DNA from: a virus
Lineage: Duplodnaviria; Caudoviricetes
Length of the DNA stretch: 36,849 nt
Reading direction: 5' to 3' (one strand)
IMG/VR virus record: IMGVR_UViG_3300032218_000693
Coordinates: 1-36,849 of that record
In this document: piece by piece, positions 18,917-26,288 of the stretch
Position numbering within the stretch: position 1 is the stretch's first letter
Layout of the letters: each line of letters starts with the position of its first letter
Position numbers and translations under genes: made by a program
Notes under the pieces: model-generated
The model's database searches: none
Seen by the model: only the letters and a program-made list of their open reading frames with translations
What the model was told of the DNA's origin: nothing

Positions 18917-19474
18917 ATGGCAAATAACTTGATTCAGTTCAAGCGCACGTCCGTATCGGGACGAGCCGCTAATACAACTACCCTCACAAACGCGGGCGAG
19001 CTAGCGCTCAACATGGCCGATGGAATCATGTATTCCACGAACGGCTCAGTAGTATTTGAGATCGGCGCTAACAACACGAATGCTAGAGTCAGTAACACTC
19101 TAACTGTAAAAGCTATCTCAGCTAACGGATCTACGGGTTCAGCCGAACAAGTACTAACGTCAAATGGTAACGGAACTTACTGGTCTTCAGTTTCAACCGG
19201 TGGTTTCGCTAACGGTCAATCTATATCAGTAAATAATTTTGTAGTAACTGGAAGCTTCACCGCAAACAACTCGACGGGACAGAGCGGTCAAGTACTAGCT
19301 TCTAACGGATCATCAGTTTACTGGGCAGACGCCGGAGCTAACACTAGCAGTTTTCCGGTAGGTGATTACGGCGACTTATCTGCTAATTCAGTTGATGCGT
19401 TTGGTGTATCATTAATAAGTGGTTACGACTGTAATGGAATTGGTAGTATAATTCCAGTTGACTTAAACGCTTGA
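18917..19474 (+). CDS. Short fibre segment (IQFKRT...GELALN N-domain)
   Basis: N-terminus IQFKRTSVSGR..AGELALNMADG, two GQ/EQVL.SNG...YW modules and a C-terminal GDYGDL..DAFG..DL. Confidence 0.75.
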   Translation: MANNLIQFKRTSVSGRAANTTTLTNAGELALNMADGIMYSTNGSVVFEIGANNTNARVSNTLTVKAISANGSTGSAEQVLTSNGNGTYWSSVSTGGFANGQSISVNNFVVTGSFTANNSTGQSGQVLASNGSSVYWADAGANTSSFPVGDYGDLSANSVDAFGVSLISGYDCNGIGSIIPVDLNA

Positions 19475-19475
19475 A

Positions 19476-19482
19476 ATAAATA
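19476..19482 (+). promoter_or_regulatory. T4-like late promoter box ATAAATA
   Basis: Intergenic, about 25 nt upstream of the 19508 ATG. Confidence 0.7.
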
Positions 19483-19507
19483 GAAAAGATTCAAACAGGG
19501 AATTACT

Positions 19508-22500
19508 ATGCCAACACAAGTTCAGTTTAGAAGAGGTACCGCAACTCAGAATGATGCTTTCACCGGAGCTAATGGTGAGATCACCGTCGACCTAACGAAT
19601 AAAACGTTAAGAGTACATGACGGTGTGACTGCCGGTGGTACTAAGTTATCTAACACAGTTTCTGCAGAATTCACTAACGCACATTTTTATGGGGCATCCG
19701 TATTTTCTGGCAATAGTAATTTTTATGCTCCTATCTACGCGAATAGTAACATTACGATTGAAGGTCATCTAGATGTTAATAATTCTGTAGAATTCTACTC
19801 GCTGGTTACTGCGCATGGAAACTTGCAAGTTAATGGTCACATCGATGTAGGTAACACAGCCGACTTCTATGATGTTGTAACTTTTCATAATTCAGTCACT
19901 TTTGACGCTAATGCTCAAGTCAACGGATCATTCGGTGTAGCTAATTCTATTAGCACCAATGGTAACATTCGTATCAATACAAGTGATGGAACCAAACATC
20001 TTTCCGTAGGTAACTCAACTGTTAACACGCAAGTTTATCCTGGAAACATTTACTTAAATGGATCTTCTCTAGTAATAGGTAAGACTAACAACAACACTAC
20101 GATCACTGATGGTACGATTACCATAGGTACGACGACGATCAACTCAACAGTTATCGCGATAAGTGGAACACCAATCAATGCTACTTCGTTCTCAGGTACA
20201 GCTAACAACTCATTGAATCTTGGTGGAGTACCTGCAGCTAACTACGCTAAGCTGACGGGTGCAACATTCACCGGTGACGTTAACATCAGCGGTAACTTAG
20301 TAGTCAATGGATCTACTATTACACTCAATACAGCTACTCTAGACGTATCAGATCTTAATATCACTATTGCTAAGGGATCACCGAGCCCAGCTGCATCAGA
20401 CGGCGCGGGTATAACAGTAGACGGTGCAAACGCTACGATCACTTACATTTCAGGTACAAACACATTTAACTTCTCAAATTATATTCGCGTCGGTAACTCT
20501 TCAGTTAACTCAACTATCAACTCAACTGCTTTTACCGGTGACTCGGCTACTGTCGGCGGAAACACTGCTTCTGACTTAAGAACGTATTCAGATAATAAAG
20601 CAGCTAACGCTTACAGCAACGCTACGTCATATGCTGATTTAAAAGCAGCGAATGCTTACTCAAATGCAACTAGCTACGCCGATAATAAAGCTGCTAATGC
20701 TTACAGCAACGCTACTTCGTATGTCGACACAAAGATCGGAACTGCTAATGCAGCTATCACCGGTAATGCTGCAACTGCTTACTCTAACGCGGTATCATAT
20801 GTTGATACTAAGATAGGTACAGCCAATGCTGCAATAACTGGAAATGCTGCAACTGCTTACTCAAATGCTACTAGCTACGCCGATAATAAAGCTGCTAATG
20901 CTTACAGTAACGCTACGTCATATACTGATACCGCAATAGGAACTGCTAATTCAGCAATTACGGGTAATGCCGCTACAGCATATACAAATGCTACATCATA
21001 TACTGATACTAAGATAGGTACGGCTAACGCCGCGATAACTGGAAATGCTGCAACTGCTTATAGTAACGCTACTTCTTATGCAGATACGAAAGCTGCAACT
21101 GCTTATAGTAACGCTACTAGTTATGCTGATACTAAATCTTCAGCTGCATATACTAACGCTACCTCGTACACTGATACTAAGATTGGTACAGCCAATGCTG
21201 CTATAACTGGTAATGCGGCAACCGCTTATACAAATGCTGTTTCATATACTGACACAAAGATCGGTACGGCTAACACAGCTATCACGGGTAACGCCGCAAC
21301 GGCTTACTCAAATGCAACTTCTTATACCGACACTAAGATTGGTACAGCAAATGCTGCAATTACAGGAAATGCTGCAACTGCTTACTCAAACGCTACTAGT
21401 TACGCTGATACTAAAGCAGCTACAGCTTATTCTAATGCAACTTCATATGTTGACAATGCGATTGGAACTGCTAATGTTGCGATAACTGGTAACGCTGCTA
21501 CCGCATATACAAATGCTACATCATATGTTGATACTAAAATCGGTACGGCTAACTCCGCGATTACTGGTAACGCGGCGACTGCTTATACAAACGCTGTATC
21601 ATATACAGACACTAAGATTGGTACCGCAAATGCCGCAATTACGGGCAATGCGGCTACTGCTTATAGTAACGCTACTTCTTATGCTGATACTAAAGCAGCT
21701 ACGGCTTACTCGAATGCAACTTCATATGCGGATACAAAAGCTGCAACTGCTTACAGCAATGCAACAACATATTCTTCTAATGCTTCAAACATTTCTACTG
21801 GTACGGTAAATGAAGCTCGTTTACCTTATCGAATGAATCAAAATCTTACCACAACAAATAATGTAACATTTGCAAATATTTCATTAACTGGTGGTACTAT
21901 ATCAACTGCACCTCAATATGGTAATGACATTGTCAATAAAACATATGCTGATGCTATTGCTACAGGCGTCAATTTCCATCCAGCCGTTAGATTAACAACA
22001 ACTCAAACATTTGATAGTTCAACTGCAACTTATAATAATGGTGCTAATGGTGTCGGCGCTACAATTACTGATATTACACCGTTTATTGCACTTTCATTAG
22101 ATGGTGTAACGGCTGCATATAATGATCGTATTCTTATGAAAAACTCTTCCAACACTGTTTGGAATGGTGTTTATGTTGTATCTAACACAGGTTCCGGTTC
22201 ATATCCTTGGATTCTTACTAGAGCGACAGATTACGACCAAGTTGGAACTGGTACAAACGAAGTAGATCAAGGTGACTTGGTTTATGTTCTTGCTGGTTCT
22301 ACATTAGCTGGTACTTCTTGGGTTCAACAGAATAATATAACTACCATCGGTACTGATGCGATTTCATTTGTTCAATTTTCTTCTAAAGCACTCTATACAT
22401 TATCTGATGGAACAGGTCTCTATTACAGTGTTGGTAGTGCATATGATGGTTCTGCGGCGTCAACATTAGCAGTTAATGCATCTTACATTGCAACTTTATC

Positions 22501-23638
22501 CGCAAATAATGCATCATATCTTGGTGGCACAGTTGCTTCTGGCTATCAGACAACAGCAGGTTTATCAGGCAACGTTTCTACATTAACTGCCAATAACACA
22601 ACATTTGTCGGCACCGTTGCAGCTGCAAATGTTGTGTCAAATGCCCAGCTTTCTGGTAATCTAGCTAACTATGTTACTGCTACTAACTTAACAAACAACT
22701 TAGCTAATTATCAGACAACCGCTGGTTTATCGGGTAACGTTGCAACGTTAACGGCTAATAACACTTCGTTTGTTGGCACAGTTGCTGCTGCAAACGTAGT
22801 GTCTAATGCTCAACTCTCTGCAAACTTAGGTAACTACCAAACGACTGCTGGTCTATCATCAAATGTAGCCACATTAACAGCCAATAATACATCATTCGTT
22901 GGTACTGTAGCAGCAGCGAACGTTGTATCAAACGCTCAGCTCTCTAGTAACCTTGCTAACTATGTTACTGCTACTAACTTAACAAACAATTTAGCTAACT
23001 ATCAGACGACAGCTGGTTTATCGGCCAACGTGGCTACATTAGCGGCTAATAATGCATCATATCTTGGTGGTGTAGCAGCTGCTAACTATGTAAATACATC
23101 TGGAAGTTATACAATTACTGGTATTCATACTCATAACGCCAACGTTGTTTTAACCACACCACTTATTTCTAATGGTGGTTCGGGTACATCCGGTCAAGTA
23201 TTAACATCAAATGGTGCAACCGGAGCTCCATATTGGACCGCGGCGGCGGCAGGTGTAAATACTGCATCACAATATACGTGGTCTAATACTCAATCGTTTA
23301 CCAATACAATTACGTTTTCTGGTAACGTAGTAATATCTGCTACCATTACAGCTAATGCTAGTGTTGGTACTGCAGGTCAAGTATTAACTTCTGGTGCTTC
23401 TGGTAATGTATACTGGGCAACTGCATCGGCTGGTGTTAATCTTTCATCTTCATATGCATTTACTAACACTACAGCTTCTGTAAATTCTACTTCTGGTGCT
23501 ATTACAACAGCTGGTGGTATTGGCGTAGCAAATAACGTATATGTAGGTGGTCGTGTTGGTTTTGCTAATACAACATCATCGGTAGCATATATGCAGTATA
23601 ATGCAACAACTAATTCTCTTGACGTGGTATTTGGTTAA
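19508..23638 (+). CDS. Long tail fibre with Mtd-N-like domain and a repetitive coiled-coil shaft
   Basis: MPTQVQFRRGT...FTGANGEITVD..RVHDGVTAGG matches the major tropism determinant N-terminal domain. It also has 15/26-aa repeats, a DRIL.KN..NGVYVV..W.LTRATD module and 42-aa repeats. Confidence 0.88.
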   Translation: MPTQVQFRRGTATQNDAFTGANGEITVDLTNKTLRVHDGVTAGGTKLSNTVSAEFTNAHFYGASVFSGNSNFYAPIYANSNITIEGHLDVNNSVEFYSLVTAHGNLQVNGHIDVGNTADFYDVVTFHNSVTFDANAQVNGSFGVANSISTNGNIRINTSDGTKHLSVGNSTVNTQVYPGNIYLNGSSLVIGKTNNNTTITDGTITIGTTTINSTVIAISGTPINATSFSGTANNSLNLGGVPAANYAKLTGATFTGDVNISGNLVVNGSTITLNTATLDVSDLNITIAKGSPSPAASDGAGITVDGANATITYISGTNTFNFSNYIRVGNSSVNSTINSTAFTGDSATVGGNTASDLRTYSDNKAANAYSNATSYADLKAANAYSNATSYADNKAANAYSNATSYVDTKIGTANAAITGNAATAYSNAVSYVDTKIGTANAAITGNAATAYSNATSYADNKAANAYSNATSYTDTAIGTANSAITGNAATAYTNATSYTDTKIGTANAAITGNAATAYSNATSYADTKAATAYSNATSYADTKSSAAYTNATSYTDTKIGTANAAITGNAATAYTNAVSYTDTKIGTANTAITGNAATAYSNATSYTDTKIGTANAAITGNAATAYSNATSYADTKAATAYSNATSYVDNAIGTANVAITGNAATAYTNATSYVDTKIGTANSAITGNAATAYTNAVSYTDTKIGTANAAITGNAATAYSNATSYADTKAATAYSNATSYADTKAATAYSNATTYSSNASNISTGTVNEARLPYRMNQNLTTTNNVTFANISLTGGTISTAPQYGNDIVNKTYADAIATGVNFHPAVRLTTTQTFDSSTATYNNGANGVGATITDITPFIALSLDGVTAAYNDRILMKNSSNTVWNGVYVVSNTGSGSYPWILTRATDYDQVGTGTNEVDQGDLVYVLAGSTLAGTSWVQQNNITTIGTDAISFVQFSSKALYTLSDGTGLYYSVGSAYDGSAASTLAVNASYIATLSANNASYLGGTVASGYQTTAGLSGNVSTLTANNTTFVGTVAAANVVSNAQLSGNLANYVTATNLTNNLANYQTTAGLSGNVATLTANNTSFVGTVAAANVVSNAQLSANLGNYQTTAGLSSNVATLTANNTSFVGTVAAANVVSNAQLSSNLANYVTATNLTNNLANYQTTAGLSANVATLAANNASYLGGVAAANYVNTSGSYTITGIHTHNANVVLTTPLISNGGSGTSGQVLTSNGATGAPYWTAAAAGVNTASQYTWSNTQSFTNTITFSGNVVISATITANASVGTAGQVLTSGASGNVYWATASAGVNLSSSYAFTNTTASVNSTSGAITTAGGIGVANNVYVGGRVGFANTTSSVAYMQYNATTNSLDVVFG
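20609..21748 (+). repeat. Array of 8 x 15-aa and 10 x 26-aa coding repeats (AY(S/T)NATSYxD...)
   Basis: Counted from the translation, order SSLLSLLSSLLLSLLLSS, 380 aa total. Confidence 0.9.
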
Positions 23639-24678
23639 TGGTTAAAATTAGTAACTCTGGTATTTTTACTACAGGCGGAACGGCTGAGATAGATGAAATT
23701 TCTCAGTATATGAAGTTTTACGATGAAGCAAACACAACAATATATCTTGATGCAACGGGTAGATTTCCTTATTCAACAGCTACTGCTAATACGTGGTTTA
23801 ATCTTGCACCGACTGCAAAATTAATTGTAGCTAACACATCAGCATTAGCTTCAGCAGTGGCCAATACTTACGGTCCAAATGCTATGATTTTTAATAATAG
23901 TGCTACTACGGCCGGAAGAATTGATAGAACTGCTACATCAAATACGATTATTGGACCGGGTATAACTTCTGGCACCGGTAAAATGACGGCTGCAGTTTGG
24001 GCGTATAATACAAACTGGTATACAACATCAGGTCAAAGATTTGTATCTTCAACACAATCTGGTGGCTGGAGTATTGCTATTAATGATGCTGGTTTTACTG
24101 GCACAACAACCGTTGGTATAGTTTTTTATAATCTTACTGCGGGCGGCTACCGTTTTATGCAAGCCAACACTAGAGCTGCATTTACTTCTTCAACAGGATG
24201 GAATCATCTTGCTTGGACATTTGATGGTAAAAATGCATTTTTTTATATTAATGGTCAAGTTGCAGATACTTACACTGCAGTAGCAGCTACTAATTACATA
24301 GACGTAGGTGGATGTTTGGCGATAGGAGCAGAAGCAACTAGTAACACAGCTACAACATCACCATATCTTTCTGGTGCTATGGCTTCAATATTTGTTTCAA
24401 ACAGATCTTTTTCTAACACTGAAATTTATAATTTGTTTGTTGATACGGATCCTAATGTCAATTTAACTGGTTCTCGTACTTATGTTGTCAATAGCACTTA
24501 CAGCACAGCAACAACGATCGCTCCTAATATCGGAGCAAAATACTATTCGAATGGTTCGTTAAGGGCTACCGGTCTTATTGGATTTGATGAAGTAACAATA
24601 AATGCTGGTACTACTGCGCAAAAAATATACTCAGATGGTACATTTGCTGTTTCTGGTTACTTTGACGAAACACAATAA
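23638..24678 (+). CDS. LamG/concanavalin-A-like lectin domain virion protein
   Basis: Motifs T.AVW, GWNHLAWTFDG...FYINGQ, LAIGA, YLSG.M....V.NR.FS..EI. Confidence 0.85.
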   Translation: MVKISNSGIFTTGGTAEIDEISQYMKFYDEANTTIYLDATGRFPYSTATANTWFNLAPTAKLIVANTSALASAVANTYGPNAMIFNNSATTAGRIDRTATSNTIIGPGITSGTGKMTAAVWAYNTNWYTTSGQRFVSSTQSGGWSIAINDAGFTGTTTVGIVFYNLTAGGYRFMQANTRAAFTSSTGWNHLAWTFDGKNAFFYINGQVADTYTAVAATNYIDVGGCLAIGAEATSNTATTSPYLSGAMASIFVSNRSFSNTEIYNLFVDTDPNVNLTGSRTYVVNSTYSTATTIAPNIGAKYYSNGSLRATGLIGFDEVTINAGTTAQKIYSDGTFAVSGYFDETQ

Positions 24679-24681
24679 ATA
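24675..24681 (+). promoter_or_regulatory. T4-like late promoter box ATAAATA
   Basis: Overlaps the LamG stop codon, about 20 nt before the 24701 ATG. Confidence 0.6.
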
Positions 24682-24700
24682 ATATAAACGGGATTTACAA

Positions 24701-25804
24701 ATGGCAAAACTTCTTAGCGGCACGAGAATATATGGTACGGCAAACGTCGATACCTCTGTTTCTGTTGGTACCAGTAATACAACTACTGGTACTGGTGGTG
24801 TTCTAGCAAACACCACTGCACTGTTTATTGGTAACAACACTATTAACACATCTTTAACTACTATTGGTTTAAGTATCAATGCTGTTACAGTTGCAAATAC
24901 GACTGGTGTTTATACTGGTGTAGTTAATGGTTCATCACATACGGTTGGTACTTCTTTTATCGCAAATACAACTGGTGTTTATCATACCGGTATTGTCAAT
25001 GCCGCTTCTCATACAACCGGTGGTGGTTATGGTTCAGCAACTGGCGGCGCGATTGTTAACACTACGATTGTTGCAGTTGGTAATTCTACAGTAAACGTAT
25101 CTATCAACGCGACAACTTTCTCAGGTACATCAAATAACTCAACAAATCTTGGTGGTACGGCTGCTTCCGGTTATCAAACAACTGCCGGTCTATCAAGTAA
25201 CGTAGCAACTCTGTCTGCAAATAATACAACTTATGTGAACGGTAAGACAGAAGGTAACTTGAATGTTAATAGCGCATTAACTTCTAATAACTCAAGTAAC
25301 TTTAATGGTCAAGCAGCCGCTTACTATACTAACGCTACTAACATCACGTCTGGTACGTTACCTTGGGCTCAGGCTCCAACGAATACAGTCAATACATCAG
25401 CCGCATTTACGTTCACCGGTGTTCATACACACAGCGCTAACGTAAGTATCACTGGCACTACTAAGATGACTGGTGTGGTAGATGCTGCTTCTGCTAATAC
25501 ACTAAATCAGACTCTAACAGATGGTGTTACTGTATCATGGGACGTTTCACTCGGTCAAGTTGCTTCTCTCACGCTTGCCGGTAACAGAACAATCTCTAAC
25601 CCAACAAACATGAAGATTGCAACCTATATCTTGTATCTCGTGCAAGACGCTACTGGTAGCAGAACAGTTACATGGGGTACTGCTTACAAGTGGCCGGGCG
25701 GTGTGGCTCCAGTCCTATCGACAGGCGCTAACAAGAGAGACATCATCTCATTCATCTCTGACGGCACGAACATGTATGGTACGTATATCGTAGACGTTAG
25801 ATAA
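24701..25804 (+). CDS. Distal fibre segment with shared C-terminal domain
   Basis: N-terminus MAKLLSGTRIYG, ANTTG repeats, an HTH motif and C-terminal LTDG..SWD..GNRT.SNPT..WPGG.AP..SDGTNMYG. Confidence 0.78.
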   Translation: MAKLLSGTRIYGTANVDTSVSVGTSNTTTGTGGVLANTTALFIGNNTINTSLTTIGLSINAVTVANTTGVYTGVVNGSSHTVGTSFIANTTGVYHTGIVNAASHTTGGGYGSATGGAIVNTTIVAVGNSTVNVSINATTFSGTSNNSTNLGGTAASGYQTTAGLSSNVATLSANNTTYVNGKTEGNLNVNSALTSNNSSNFNGQAAAYYTNATNITSGTLPWAQAPTNTVNTSAAFTFTGVHTHSANVSITGTTKMTGVVDAASANTLNQTLTDGVTVSWDVSLGQVASLTLAGNRTISNPTNMKIATYILYLVQDATGSRTVTWGTAYKWPGGVAPVLSTGANKRDIISFISDGTNMYGTYIVDVR

Positions 25805-25807
25805 ATA
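25801..25807 (+). promoter_or_regulatory. T4-like late promoter box ATAAATA
   Basis: Overlaps the upstream stop codon, 30 nt before the 25838 ATG. Confidence 0.65.
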
Positions 25808-25837
25808 GATTAAAATAGCCTAGGGGAAAGTGAACCA

Positions 25838-26284
25838 ATGGCCGACGTAAGTTTCGTAGTAAAGAATTCATTATCAGTCAACGGTGCTTTTGTAGCTAAC
25901 TCTACACAAGTATCGCTTGGAAACACAGTGTTTACACCTTCCGGATTTACTGGAACGGTAAGTACTGCGCAAGCTGATATATTATCTCAAACGTTGACCG
26001 ATGGAGCAACCGTTAGCTGGAACACCGCTGACGGTCAGATCGCTTACCTAACCCTAGGTGGTAATCGTACGGTTTCAAATCCGACTAACCTTAAAGTTGG
26101 AACATATATTCTTCACTTGATCCAAGATGGTACAGGAAATAGGACAGTTACATGGGGGTCTTCTTTTAAGTGGGTCGCCGGTGTAGCTCCCGTGTTAAGC
26201 ACCGGTAGCGGTAAGAGAGATCTCTTCAGCTTCGTAAGTGATGGCACCAATCTCTATGGCTCATATCTACCAGACGTAAGGTAA
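25838..26284 (+). CDS. Minimal fibre adaptor (FVVKN N-motif plus shared C-terminal domain)
   Basis: 148 aa. The last 98 aa are colinear with the C-termini of 6200..7435 and 24701..25804. Confidence 0.78.
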   Translation: MADVSFVVKNSLSVNGAFVANSTQVSLGNTVFTPSGFTGTVSTAQADILSQTLTDGATVSWNTADGQIAYLTLGGNRTVSNPTNLKVGTYILHLIQDGTGNRTVTWGSSFKWVAGVAPVLSTGSGKRDLFSFVSDGTNLYGSYLPDVR

Positions 26285-26288
26285 AAGA

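Noticed and set aside
19508-19650. Diversity-generating retroelement suggested by the Mtd-N domain
   Set aside because: No reverse transcriptase or TR/VR pair is visible. Repeat differences are synonymous rather than adenine-specific.
20609-21748. CRISPR-like array
   Set aside because: In-frame degenerate coding repeats with no unique spacers.
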